NCBI GenBank assembly: GCA_030390025.1
Contig: CM059432.1
Coordinates: 105,774,001-105,838,000 of the forward strand
Source of the DNA: Squalus acanthias
Lineage: Eukaryota
Length of the DNA stretch: 64,000 nucleotides
Direction of reading: 5' to 3'
In this document: piece after piece, positions 36,970 through 50,364 of the stretch
Layout: every line of letters begins with the position of its first letter
Position numbering within the stretch: position 1 is the first letter of the stretch
Program-made: the position numbers and the translations under genes
Notes under the pieces: generated by a model
What the model saw: the letters and a program-made list of their open reading frames with translations, nothing else
The model's database searches: none
What the model was told of the DNA's origin: nothing

Positions 36970-39270
36970 GTAAGTTTTTTTCACTTGTGTAGTTTAAACC
37001 AATACAAGATGTTCATTAAGTTTTTAGAAGTGGTCTAATTAGAAACTGCAGCTTTCAAATTATGTGTAATATTCAAATCCAATGTTGCTCATGGGTAGTT
37101 TGGACTGCATCTATATTTAGCTACTATGGTATAGCTGTGCTTAACCTGGAGGTTCCTTTTTAAAGTCACTCCAAGTTTCTAAGCAATTGTAGCTGTTTGG
37201 AAAATTTGTGAAAATAATTGGTATAATAGCTGATTTTCAAGTACAGAGCTGTTTTTGACTAACTTTATAAATTTGCTCTTATGTCCCTTTTAGTAAAATG
37301 CAATCCTAGATGCTGTATTCTCCTGTCATTTGCTTGCAATGTTCAAGGAAGTAACATTCACCAACAGGACACATTTTTTGTTTGTTCAAAATTATTTTTT
37401 GGGGGGGAAAAAACAATATCCAGGAAACCTGAACAAAGACCCACCCTGAGGGGGCAGCTTGGCACTTGTCCTCCAATACCACTTCAGCTGCTAATGTACA
37501 AAATACTATTTTGCTCTTTGGTTTGAAGGTACAATTTAAAGTATTTGGGGACCAAGTCTAGATATGCAAGTTTTGTTTTTGTGAAATAGGTTTCCCCAAT
37601 ATGTTAAAACGTGGAGATTAAACAGGTAGCACATGGCCTCCAAGGAATGAAAAACAAATTGCAAATTCAGTGTGATCCAAGTTTGCTCAACTACTGTGGA
37701 TGTAGGTAGATGTTAAGAATTTGGTTCTTCTGCCAGTATCTACTTGGGTTCAGTAGTGTAAGTCACTCCCTTAAGCAGTCTGGTTGCCTTTTTTTTTACA
37801 GAAGTTGACTCCCACTTTCCTGTATTTGGTAGTGTGATAGCAGAATTCGGTTATGTTACAACAAAACCCCCTTCTGATCTGGACAAGATCGCCACATCTT
37901 AAGCACGTGTAGTCCTTTTAATCTGTGTACCAAGTTAACACTAGGCTAGATGTTTGGTTTGTAAGCTGCTTTATTCAACAGTAGGTAAAACATACAGAAT
38001 ACTGAATATGGTCAATTGACAGAATTAGTTCAACTTCTGTTCACATACTGTTTTTTAAAAAAACACCAATCATCCACTAGCCCACTTTGTTTGATGTAAA
38101 AACACAAGCTCTCCTTGACCATGGCAAGGGTTCAATGCTTGCAGCCTGCTACTGCCTGACTGACTTGGATGTCTATGTTGATCCTTTAAAAGCCTCCCTG
38201 TTGTCAACACCAGGAGACAGCTAGCACCTTGAATGAAGAGACATTGGTAATGAATGGGTCATTGTTTGGGATCTGTGCAAAATAACCTCCCATCCAGCAT
38301 TTCGATCACCTCTGATCTCCCTATTGGTAGCTACCCCAATATGGGGCTATCTAGGGAAAATAATTCCTTTCAAGCAAGCTTCTACCCAAACCACATATTA
38401 AAATCACTACGTCCAAGTTTTTTTCCTGGGGGAAACAATGGCCACAGGATCCTGAACGGTGACCAGTTTATGCAACTGTTAAATTTTTCTCCTTGGGCCA
38501 GTAAATCAAGCTATGGGAAATGTGGGTTTGGGTGAAAGGAGGGGGAAGGTGACTACCACTGCTGTCTAATGCTCACTGCTTCCAACTGATGGCTACTGCT
38601 TCATGCCGAGTGGACTCGATGCCCCTCAATGTGGGTAACAACACACAGACTTGCAATTTTTGTCAAATCAGGAATTCCTGCCCACAGCACAAAGCAGAAC
38701 GTCCCCTCCTAAAGTGAGTCAACAGAGTGGCAGTTAGGATCAGCAGTGAAGAGTGCATCAGGGAGTAGAAACTGATTGGGGGTAGGTACAGTGAATACCG
38801 TTCTGAGAAGGAGAAATGGAGTGTGCCTTGTAGAAGGAAAATACCTTGTGGGGGGGGTGGGGGCGGAGAAAAAGAGAGTGCTTTTGTGAAGGATGGGTGG
38901 GAGAGAAGTGCCTCTGAACGAGGGGGATTTGAGAGCAGGATGGGAATGGGGTCTAGTAGAAAACATGTTAAAATGTGTACAGTGTGAAGGCCTGTCAATA
39001 ATTAGGAATTCGTTTTGTGATTAATCTTGCAAGAAATAGCTTTCTCTTGATGACACTTCAGGTAACTTGTGAAAGTGATGTCAAGTTGGTCTGCTGAATA
39101 TGAACAAACTAAAATGTCATTTATTTTGCTTTTCTATCAAATGTGCAATAAAGTTCTAAAATTAACCAGATTGCACAACTGACAACCCCCCAACCACACC
39201 CACTGCCAGCAGTGAGATGGATAGCTTGAAGCAGGTGAGGAGGGTATTGAAAACCAAGGCAGTGAGTTTG

Positions 39271-39910
39271 AAATAAAAACAGAAAATGCTGGAAATACTC
39301 AGCAGGTCAGACAGCATCTGTGGAGAGAGAAACCGAGTTAACGTTTCAGGTTGATGACCCTTCGTCAGAACTGGAAAAAGCTGGAGATGGAACAGATTTT
39401 AAGCAAGTGCAGGGGCAGGGAAAGGGGGGAGGAAAGAACAAAAGGGAAGGTCTGTGATGGGCAGGAGTGATTAAATGACAAAAGGTATGATTGTACAAAG
39501 CAAAAGGAGATGGTAATGATGGGTCTAGAAAAGGATGTAAATGGGTATAGCAGAATCATCAACAGCTGCCATCTGGAAAAAATAGGGGCAGAGGTTATGG
39601 TCTGAAATTGTTGAATTTGATGTCGAGTCCAGAAGGCTGTAAAAGTGCCTGTTCCTCGAGCTTACGTTGAGCTTCGTTGGAACAGTGCAAGAGGCCAAGG
39701 ACAGAGGGGTCTGAGTGGGAGTGGAGCGGAGAATTAAAGTGACAGGTGACCGGAAGCTCAGGCTCACGCTTGTGGACTGAGCGGAGGCGTTCTGCAAAGC
39801 AGTCACCCAATCTGTGTTTGGTCTCCCCAATGTAGAGGAGACCGGATCATGAGCAGTGAATACAATATACTAAATTACAAGTACAACAAGTAAATCACTT
39901 TCACCTGGAA
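39271..39910 (-). mobile_element. Penelope-like element, second family, 3' fragment
   Basis: GIY-YIG C-terminus (YIGETKHRLGDCFAERL..PVTCHFNS..SNEAQRKLEEQ) followed by a hammerhead-bearing terminal repeat. Confidence 0.8.
39336..39372 (-). ncRNA. Minimal type I hammerhead ribozyme motif, intact core
   Basis: aguu CUGACGA AGG gucaucaa CCU GAAA CG UU aacu; stems I and II pair; palindromic ACGU in place of stem III. Confidence 0.72.
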
Positions 39911-40418
39911 CTTGTTTAAGACATTCTGGTGTTGAGCTCCAATCTCCTGCCTCTATTATCATTGTACTGCTCTTCTGTTTCAGTTGGGTATTTAGGGATA
40001 TCATGAGAAATTCTTCCTTTTTTTTCCCCCTTTCTCCCTGCTCTGAGCAGAATGTGTTTGGCTCTATCCTCTCCTGCTCCTAGGTTTGGTGGGAGTGCAA
40101 GGCCTATATTTTTATTTTGTTTTGTGTACATGGACCCTCTACAGCCCCAGTTTACCAAAACTTTCTGCTGTTCCTGCAGCCTGGTTCCCAACTGGATTCC
40201 TGAGCTGGTGCTAGAGGAACAACAACTACTTTCATTTATATAGCACCTTTAACATCCCAAGGCGTTTCACAGGAGTGTTATCAAACAAAATTTGGCTGGC
40301 TCGGTGATCAAAAGCTTGGTCAAAGAGGCAGATTTTAAGGAGCATCTTAAAGGAGCAGAGAGGCGGAGTGGCATGTGTGGTGGGGTGGGGTTCCAGGGCC
40401 TAGGGCCCAGGCAGCTGA

Positions 40419-40841
40419 AGAGATTGAGTAGACTAGGCCTATACCCTCTGGAGTTTAGAAGAATGAGAGGTGATCTCATTCAAACATATAAGATTCTGAG
40501 GGGGATTGACAGGGTAGATGCTGAGAGGTTGTTTCCCCTGGCTGGAGAGTCTAGAACTAGGACATAGTCTCAGGGTAAGTGGTCAGCCATTTAGGACTGA
40601 GATGAGGAGGAATTTCTTCACTGAGGGTTGTGAATCTTTGGAATTCTCTTCCCCAAAGGGCTGTGGATGCTGAAACGTTGAGTACATTCAAGGCTGAGAT
40701 ATAGATTTTTGGACTCTAGGAGAATCAAGGGATATGGGGATCGGGTGGGAAAGTGGAGTTGAGGTCTAAGATAAGCCATGATATTGAATGGCAGAGCAGG
40801 CTCGAAGGGCAATATGGCCTACTCCTGCACCTAATTCTTAT
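40419..40841 (+). mobile_element. CR1 3' fragment nested in L2
   Basis: RLSRLGLYPLEFRRMRGDLI plus tail; host gcagctgaag|gcacggcc resumes. Confidence 0.85.
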
Positions 40842-41529
40842 GGCACGGCCGACAATGGTGGAGCAATTAAAATCGGGGATGCGCAAGAGACCAGAATTGG
40901 AGCGTAGAAATCTGAGGGTTGTAGGGCTGGCGGAGGTTACAGATATAAGGAGGGGCGAGGCCATGGAGGGATTTGAAAACAAGGATGAGAATTTTAAAAT
41001 CAAGGCATTGCCAAACCAGAAGCCAATGTAGGTCAGCGAGCAAAGGGGTGATGGATGAATGGAACTTGGTGCAAGTTAGGATACGGGCAGCAGAGTTTTG
41101 GATGAGTTCAACTTTATGTAGAGTGGAAGATTAGAGACGTGGAATAGTTAAGTCTAGAGGTAACCAAGGTATAGATGAGGGTTTCAGCAGCAGATGAGCT
41201 GAGGCAGTGGCAGAGACCGGCAATGTTACGGAGGTGGAAGTAGACGGTCTTGGTGATGAAGCGTATATGTGGTTGGCAGCTCATCGAGGTCAGTGGACTC
41301 CCAAGGTTGTGAATGGTCTGGTTCAGCCTCACAGTTGCCAGGGAGAAAGATGGAGTCGGTAGCTAGGGAACAGAGATTGTGGCGGGGACCGAAGACAATG
41401 GCTTCCTCTTCCCAATATTTAGTTGGAGGAGTTTCTGCTCATCCAGTACTGGATGTCGGACAAGCAGCGTGACAAATCGTAGACAGTGGAGATGTCAAGC
41501 GAGGTAGTGGTGAGTTAGAGCTGGGTATC

Positions 41530-42480
41530 ATAGAATCTTACAACACAGAAGGAGGCCATTCGGCCTGTCATGCCTGTGCTAGCTCTTTGAAAGAGCTGTC
41601 CAATTTAGTCCCATACCCAGCTTTTTCCCCATAACCCTGCAAATTAGTCCTCTCAATGTACATGTCCAATTGCCTTTTGAAAGTTCCTATGGAATCTGAT
41701 TCCACCACCCTTTCAGGTAGTGTGTTCCAGATCGTGATCTTAACAACCTTCTGAAGAAATTTCTCCTAATTTCCCCTCTAGTTCTTTTGCCAATTATTTT
41801 AAATCTATGACCTATAGTTGCTGACCCACTTGCCAGAGGAAACAGTTTCTCCCTACTTGCTCTATCAAAACCTCCTCATAATTTTGAATACCTGTATTAA
41901 GTCTCCCCTTAACCTTCTCTGCTCCGAGGAAAACTATCCCAACATATCCAATCTCTCCACATAACTGAAGTCCCTCATCCCTGGTATCATCCTGGTAAAC
42001 CTCCCCTGTACCCTCTCCAGGGCTTTGACATACTTCCTAAAAATGTGGTGCCCAGAATTGCACACAATACTTCAGCTAAGGCCTAACCAGAGATTTGTAA
42101 AGGTTTAGCATGACTATCTTGTTTTTTGTATTCAATGCCCCTATTTACAAAGCCCAATATCCCATACACTTTCTTAACTGCCTTATCAACTTGCCCTGCC
42201 ACCTTCAAAGATTTGTGAATATGCACCCCCAGGTTCCTCTATTATTGCACTCTTTCTCTCCGCCCCCACCCAAATCAAAGTATTTAAGATTATACTGCTT
42301 CTCCCAAAGTGCATCACTTCACATTTAACCACATTAAATTGCATCTGCGATGTGTCTACTCATTTCACCAGTCTGTCTGCTACTATCATGCTCACTATTT
42401 ACTATGTTGCCAAGTTTTGTATCATCTGCAAACTTCAGATTTGTACACCCTATACCAAAGTTCATAAAGTGTCGTCCAAG
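41530..42480 (-). mobile_element. CR1 3' fragment nested in L2
   Basis: KFADDTKLG at ~42410-42435; CR1 tail at ~41530-41590. Confidence 0.8.
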
Positions 42481-43350
42481 TCGCAACTCCTCAGATAATG
42501 AAACAGTCCATGCCCGCATGCAGCAAGACCTGGGCGACATTCAGGCTTTGGCTGATAAGTGGCAAGTAACATTCGCGCCACACAAGTGCCTGAGCAATGA
42601 CTATCTCCAACAAGCAAGAGTCTAACCACCTCCCCTTGACACTCAACGGCATTACCATCGCTGAATCCCCCACCATCAACATCCTGGGGGTCACCATTGA
42701 CCAGAAACTTAACTGGACCAGCCACATAAATACTGTGGCAACAAGAGCAGGTCAGAGGCTGAGTATACTGCAGCGAGTGTCTCCCCTCCTGACTCCCCAA
42801 AGCCTGTCCACAAGGCACAAGTCAGGAGTGTGATGAATACTCTCCACTTGCCTGGATGAGTGCAGCTCCAACAAAACACATCAAAGCTCGACACCATCCA
42901 AGACAAAGCAGCCCGCTTGATTGGCAACCCATCCACCACCTTAAACATTCACTCCCTCCACCACTGGCGTACCATGGCTGCAGTGTGTACCATCTACAAG
43001 ATGCACTGCAGCAACTCGCCAAGGCTTCTTCGGTAGCACCTCCCAAACCCACGACCTCTACCACCTAGAAGGACAAGGGCGGCAGGCGCATGGGAACACC
43101 ACCACACCCAAGTTCCCCTCCAAGTCTCACACCATCCTGACTTGGAAGTATATCGCCATTCCTTCATCGTCGCTGGGTCAAAATCCTGGAACTCCCTCCC
43201 TAACAGCACTGTGGGAGCACCTTCACCACACGGACTGCAGCAGTTCAAGAAGGCAGCTCACCACCATCTTCTCAACAGCAACTAGGGATGGGCAATAAAT
43301 GCTGACCTAGCCAGCAACGCCCACATCCCATGAATGAATTAAAAAAAAAA
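42481..43350 (+). mobile_element. tRNA-headed LINE family, copy D (3' fragment)
   Basis: WQVTFAPHKC, INILGVTID; same tail and A-run as copies B and C. Confidence 0.88.
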
Positions 43351-45207
43351 GTGCATGTGGAACCTGACCACATATTTTCAGATGATGTCGCTGAGATGCA
43401 TCTAGCCCTGACCTCCACCCATTCGTTCCCAGATCTGGCTGGACCACATAGGCACTATTGGGTCCTGCTCTCCTCTGCCATTACAGCATTTCAATTAATT
43501 CTCTGGCTACGACTGGATAGATATAATGGAACCAGGCGAGGGCAGTCCCACCCAGCTGGACGACGGAGAAGAGGCATTGGCGGAGGATGGTCAACAGTGT
43601 CAAAGGCTGCAGACAGGTAGAGAAGGAAGAGGGATAGTTTACCACGGTCAGTCACAAAGGATGTCATTTGTGACTTTAAGGGCTGTTTCAATGCTGTGGC
43701 AAGGGTGGAAGCATTACTGGAGGGGTGGAAACATGGGCATGAATTTGGGAGGCGACAACATGTCAAGGACTTGAGAGGAAAGGGAGGTTGGAGACTCGGC
43801 AGTAGTTTGCAAGGACAGAGGCGTTAAGGGTAGGTTTTTTGAGAAAGAGGGATGATGACGGCAGATTTGAAGGTGAGGGGGACAGTACCCAAGGAGAAGG
43901 AACTATTAACTATCCACTAACCTTGGGACAAGGAAGGGAAGTTGGGTGGTCAGTTTGGTGGGAATAGGGTCAAGTGAGCAGGAGGGGGGTCTCATGGACA
44001 AGATGAGCTTGGACAGGGCATGAGTTCCCATGGATTGGAGGGTAGCTAATGTAACCCCACTATTTAAAAAAGGTGGTAGAGAGAAAATGGGGAATTATAG
44101 ACCGGTAAGCCTGACATCGGTAGTGGGAAAATGCTAGAGTCCATTATAAAAGATGTAATAGCAGAGCACTTGGAAAACAGTGACAGGATCGGACAAAGTC
44201 AACATGGATTTACAAAAGGTAAATCATGCTTGACTAATCTACTGGAATTTTTTGAGGATGTAACTGGTAGAATAGATAAGGGAGAACCAGTGGATGTGGT
44301 GTATTTGGACTTTCAGAAGGCTTTCGATAAGGTCCCGCATAAGAGATTAGCTTGCAAAGTTAAAGCACACGGGATTGGGGGTATGGTACTGACTTGGATA
44401 GAGAACTGGTTGGCAGACAGGAAGCAAAGAGTTGGAATAAACAGGTCTTTTTCAGAGTGGCAGGCAGTGACTAGTGGGGTACCGCAGGGATCGGTGCTAG
44501 GACCCCAGTTATTCACTATATATTAATGATCTAGACGAGGGAACTAGATGTAATATCTCCAAGTTTGCAGACGACACAAAGCTGGGTGGGCGTGTGTGCT
44601 GTGAGGAGGATGCAGAGAAACTCCAGTATGATTTGGACAGGTTGGATGATTGGGCAGATGCAGTATAATGTGGATAAATGCGAGGTTATCCACTTTGGTG
44701 GCAAAAACAGGAAGGCAGATTATTATCTGAACGGCAATAGATTGGGAGAAGGGGAAGTGCAATGAGACCTGGGTGTCCTTGTGCACCAGTCGCTGAAGGT
44801 AAGCAGGCAGGTCCTGCAGGCGGTTAAGAAGGCAAATGGTATGTTGGCCTTCATAGCGAGAGGATTCGAGTACAGGAGCAAGGATGTCTTGCTGCAGTTG
44901 TACAGGGCCTTGGTGAGACCACACCTTGAGTATTGTGTGCAGTTTTGGTCGCCTTATCTGAGGAAGGATGTTCTTGCCATGGAGAGAGTGCAGCGAAGAT
45001 TCACCAGACTGATACCTGGGATGGCAGGAATGACGTATGAAGAGAGATTGGGTCGATTGGGCTTGTATTCGCTAGAGTTTAGAAGAATGAGAGGGGATCT
45101 CATTGAAACTTATAAAATTCTAACAGGACTAGACAGACTAGATGCAGGAAGGATGTTCCCGATGGTAGGGGAGTCCAGAACCAGAGGTCACAGTCTAAGG
45201 ATAAGGG

Positions 45208-47557
45208 TCATGATGTGGAGATGCCGGCGTTGGACTGGGGTGGACAAAAATGAGAAGTTGCACAACACCAGGTTATAGTCCAACAGATTTATTTAAAATT
45301 ACAAGCTTTCGGAGCTGTCACCCCTTCCTCAGGTAGAGTTACTGTGAGACAATCTACCAGAATTCACAGAATATAAACACAGAGAAAATGCAATTCAATC
45401 TTTCCCTACATCAAAGACACACTAAGAGCACAGCCAAGACAATGAGATGTGTCCCAGGGGGTCCAACGTGTCAAAACACCTGCTGGCTGCATATCCTTTC
45501 CATTTGGGTTTGTTTCTTGTGTTTGTTTCTTGTGTTTGTTTTTTTAAAAGCTGGAAAGACCGGCAACGATGTCAAGTCACGTTCTGTAACGTGACATGAA
45601 TCCCGATATCCCGATTGAGGCCGTCCTCATGAGTGCGGAACTTGGCTATCAGTTTCTGCTCGATGATTTTGCGTTGTCGTGTATCCCGAAGGCCGCCTTG
45701 GAGAACGCTAACCCGCAGATCCGAGACTGAATGCCCTTGACTGCTGAAGTGTTCCCCGACTGGGAGGCAACCCTCCTGCTTGGCGATTGTTGCGCGGTGT
45801 CCGTTCATACGTTGTCTCAGTGTCTGCATGGTCTCGCTGATGTACCATGCTCTGGGGCATCCATTACTGCAACGTATCAGGTAGACAACGTTGGCCGAGT
45901 CACATGAGTATGTACCATGTACCTGGTGGGTAGTGTCCTCACGTGTGATGACAGTATCTGTGTCCATGGTCTGGCATGTCTTGCAGAGGTTGCCGTGGCA
46001 GGGTTGTGTGGTGTCGTGGTCGCTGTTCTCCTGAAAGCTGGGTAATTTGCTGCGAACGATGGTACTTTTGAGGTTAGGCGGCTGCGTGGAGGCGTGGGGA
46101 TGGCCTTAGCAAGGTGTTCGTCGTCATCGATGACATGTTGAAGGCTGCGAAGAACATGGCGTAGTTTCTCCGCTCCGGGGAAGTACTGGACGACGTAGGG
46201 TACTCTGTTGGTTGTGTCCCGTGTTCGCCTTCTGAGGAGGTCTATGCGGTTTTTCGCTGTGGCCCGTCGGAACTGTCGATCGACGAGTCGAGCGTCATAT
46301 CCCGTTCTTACGAGGGCGTCTTTCAGTGTCCGTAGGTGTCCATCGCGTTCCTCCTCGTCTGAGCAGATCCTGTGTATTCGCAGGGCTTGTCCATAGGGGA
46401 TGGCTTCTTTAACGTGGTTAGGGTGGAAGCTGGAGAAGTGGACCAACGTGAGGTTGTCCATGGGCTTGCGGTAGAGTGAAGTGCTGAGGCGTCCGTCTTT
46501 GATGGAGATTCGTGTGTCCAAGAATGAAACCGATTCTGAGGAGTAGTCCATGGTGAGTTTGATGGTGGGATGGAACCTGTTGATGCTATCGTGGTAGTCC
46601 TTTCAGTGATCCTTCGCCGTGGGTCCAAAGGAAGAAGATGTCGTCGATGTATCTGGTGTACAGCGTTGGTTGGAGGTCCTGTGCAGCGAAGAAGTCTTGC
46701 TCGAACTTGTGCATGAAGATGTTGGCGTATTGGGGTGCAAATTTGGTCCCCATGGCTGTTCCGTGTGTTTGGGTAAAAAACTGGTTGTCGAAGGTGAAGA
46801 CATTGTGGTCAAGGATGAAGCGGATGAGTTGTAGGATGGCGTCTGGAGATTTGGTGTTGAGTACTGAGGCTGTCGCAGCGATGCCGTCATTGTGGGGGAT
46901 ATTGGTGTAGAGTGCCGATACGTCCATCGTGGTGAGGAGTGTTCCTGGTTCAACTGGTCCATGGGTGCGGAGTTTCTGCAAGAAGTCTGTAGTGTCGCGA
47001 CAGAAGCTGGGGGTTCCCTGTACGATGGGTTTCAGGATGCCCTCGACGTACCCAGAGAGGTTCTCACACAGGGTTCCATTGCCTGATACGATAGGACGTC
47101 CGGGTGTGTTGGCTTTGTGTATCTTTGGGAGGCAGTAAAAGTCTCCTACGCGGGGAGTACGTGGGATGAAAGCGCGTAGGATGTTTTGAAGGTCTGGATC
47201 GAAGGTCTTGATCAGTCTATTGAGTTGGCGGGTGTGTTCTTTGGTCGGATCTGCGGGTAGCTGTCTGTAGTGTTCCTGGTTGTCCAGTTGTCGGTATGCT
47301 TCTTTGCAATAGTCCATTCTGTTCTGTATGACGATGGCTCCTCCTTTGTCCGCTGGTTTGATGACGATGTTGCGGTTGGTCTTGAGAGCGTGGATTGCGT
47401 TGTGCTCGGGTGACATTCTTGTGAGTACGGCTGATGAATCTGGCGTTGATGCATTTCCTGACAGCTTGAGCATACATGTCAAGCTTAGGGCAGCGACCCT
47501 CCGGAGGGGTCCAATTTGACTCTTTCTTCCTCGGTTGTAGCACTGCGGTTCCCTCTG
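45208..47557 (-). mobile_element. Penelope-like element (Neptune-type), RT + GIY-YIG, frameshifted
   Basis: IKPADKGG, LPKIHK, GRPIVS, RYIDD, NVVYLIRC..WYISET..RMNGH; 12-bp TSD taaggataaggg at 45196-45207 and 47558-47569. Confidence 0.95.
45300..45335 (-). ncRNA. Minimal type I hammerhead ribozyme motif, intact core
   Basis: uac CUGAGGA A GGGG ugacag CUCC GAAA GCUU gua. Confidence 0.7.
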
Positions 47558-49089
47558 TAAGGATAAGGGGTAAGCCATTTAGGACTGAGATGAGGAGGAA
47601 TTTCTTCACCCAGAGAGTGGTGAACCTGTGGAATTCTCTACCACAAGACAGTTGAGGCCAATTCATTAAATATATTCAAGAGAGTTAGATATATTTAAGG
47701 TTAAGGGGATCAAGGGATATGGGGAGAAAGCAGCTACAGGGTACTGAATTTGGATGGTCAGCCATGATCGCATTGAATGGCGGAGCAGGCTCGAGGGCCA
47801 AATGGCCTACTCCTGCTCCTATCTTCTATGTTTCTATGAGGTGAAATAGGAGAGAAACTAGAGAAAGATGCGCATTTAGGATGAGGGGATGGTGGGTGTA
47901 CCTTAGGGAAAGTTTGGTGTTATGGGCTAGGGGAAGAGAGGGAAGCAGCAGAGGCAGCTGAATGGATGGTTTCAATCTTGGTGATAAAACTCCATGAGCT
48001 CCTTACATTTGTTGGAGGTGAGGGTAGAGGAGGCTGAGGAGAGGGGTTTAAGACTAGTGGAGAGGACAAGCCGGGGGTTATCTTTGCATTCCAGGATGAT
48101 CCTGGAATAGTGAGCAGTTTTGGCAGAGGAGAGCAGGACCCGATAGTGCTTTATGGTCCAGCCAGATCTGGTGATGAATGGATGGACGTCATGGCTAGAT
48201 GGGTCCATTACCAGCTGCTCTTGAAGCAACTATTGGGCAAGTTCCAGCAGCTGTTCAGCACTTTGGACTCAAAATAGCAGGAGCAAGTACATAGTATGTT
48301 GGTATAAAATTCAGTGCCTCATTGACAAAATAAATTATTTCTATATTTAATCAGGGATAAAGGGTGTTGCTATGATATTTATGCTTCTAAAGGTGTCCGT
48401 CCAACAAGACAAAGAAGGCTGGTCTGAAGGACTTTCTGAATTTCCAGTCTCTATGTCTTAGGATGTGCATTTCATATTCCTGCTTCTCCAATGGTTTTCA
48501 TCAGTTATGTTCATATCAAGTTCTTATCAGATTCAGCAAATTTTTCACATTGAGGTTGGGCAACTGTGTAAGTGCAAGCTGAACAGAACCTGGTGGGTAA
48601 AAAGTAACACTTGAGAAATATGTTGAAGATTTAGAATATGGGACCAGGTAGATCCTCTTTACTTTTGTGGGGCAGGGCTCTCAAATGTCTAACTATTTTT
48701 CAATAACTAACTTTTTTAATGTTGATTTAAAGCAATTCTTTAAGTGGTATACTCATACAGAGCTCTTTCTTACACTTGTTAGTGATTCACAGACCAGACT
48801 CTCTTTCATAGTACTGTCATTACTTACATCAGTATGTCCTTAAGAGGATTTCAGTAAAAAGCAGCCTTTGACAAATCAAGTTGTTCTTGAATAGTTAAAT
48901 ATTTTGTTAAAATCCTTCAACCTGCTGTTCTAATCTTGAATATATTCTCTGTTGCAAAGAATTTGTTTTGTTACTGTGAACTGTCATTGTGGCTATATCT
49001 GAACTTTTGATGCGTAGTTATTAAAATAACCAAAGCAGAAGTTACAAAGCAAAAATAAAGCCAAAAAATAATCTAGGCACTTACTGTAC

Positions 49090-49925
49090 AGAAATGATTT
49101 GGATATAGGGCTAGAGGAAGTGGTGTCCAAATTTGCAGATGTTACTACAATATTAGCACAGTAAATAATTGAGAACCAAAGGAAGCTGCAAGGAGATATT
49201 GATAAGATGGGCAAAAAAAGTGCCAGATGGAATTTAATATCCATAAATGTGAGGTGGTACATTTTGGTTAAAATATTTGAGGGAAAGCTGTGTAACATGA
49301 AGAGCAGAGAGATTTGGGGATTCAAGTTCAAGACATTAAGAGCAGCATCTCAAGTGTATAAGGTCATAAAAAGCTAATTGAATACTGGGTTTTGTAGCAA
49401 GAGTTATAGACTATAAAAGTCAAGATGTAATAGTGAAAACCTCAAACTACAGTTGGAGTACTCTTGGTAATTTTGACCTCCACACTATAGGAAGGATGCT
49501 CAGGTAATAAAGGGACAATGCAGATTCACTAGAATGCTGCCTGGTATGAGGAAATACAAATGAAAAAAAATTTCAAAAATTGAGGCTGTTTTTGTTCGAA
49601 CAAAAGATTAGATGTTAATTTGACGGGTTTTTAAAAGCATGAAGGGATGGGACAGTGGGAACATAATTTCTAGTGATCCAGGGCTCTAGAATTTGGAAAA
49701 CGCTTTTTAAAGGGTTGAGAGTTTGTGAAATGCACTTACGTGAAAGAGACAGTGTCAACATTTAAGAATCAGTTATATAGGTGGTTGAAGGAAAGGGGAG
49801 TAAAACTATATTGGGGTGGGGGCATGCAGGTGGGATTAAGACTACTGCTTATGTGGAAGATAAACACCAACACAGACTACTAGTTGGGCCAAAAGGTTTG
49901 TTTCCGTGTTGTAATTTCTATGCAT
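49090..49925 (+). mobile_element. Old, degraded CR1 3' fragment
   Basis: NDLDIGLEEVVSKFAD remnant, cagttggagtac, decayed tail. Confidence 0.7.
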
Positions 49926-50027
49926 TTTAGAAACCGACAAACTACAGAAAAAAATCATTAGAGAAACACATCATAAACCCAAATTTAAAAATGCCCAACT
50001 GTACAATTTTTTTTAATTTGATGGTGA

Positions 50028-50126
<99 letters not shown>

Positions 50127-50358
50127 ATTGCAACATATGAACTGTTTGGAAAGGTGTAGATGGCTGGATTCATTATCATTGTTGCAAAACTTTTTCAAAC
50201 ACCGATGGAAGATGCTTCCCAAGAGAAGGGCAGTCCTTTCATAGGCCAATTCTGTTTTATACTGGAGTGTTTTGCAGCAGTGATGGCTTTTGTTTATAAA
50301 TTAACAACCTTTTTGTGATCATTTTCAGTGTTAAGTTCTAAAGCTTGTGAAAGAGAAG

Positions 50359-50364
50359 AATAAA
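50359..50364 (+). terminator. Proximal candidate polyadenylation signal of MAL2
   Basis: First AATAAA seen after the stop codon; alternatives at 50990, 51423, 52103 and 52599. Confidence 0.35.

Larger units (their letters stand above)
44024..47838 (+). mobile_element. CR1 RT fragment interrupted by a Penelope-like element
   Basis: NYRPVSLTS, YLDFQKAFD, GVPQGSVLGP, FADD; 3' end resumes at 47558. Confidence 0.92.
40226..48220 (-). mobile_element. L2 LINE broken into four pieces (40226-40418, 40842-41529, 43351-44023, 47839-48220) by nested insertions
   Basis: L2 tail at 40226; YFHLRNIA, LSAAFDTVDH and SAKTAHYSRII motifs occur in order across the gaps. Confidence 0.75.
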
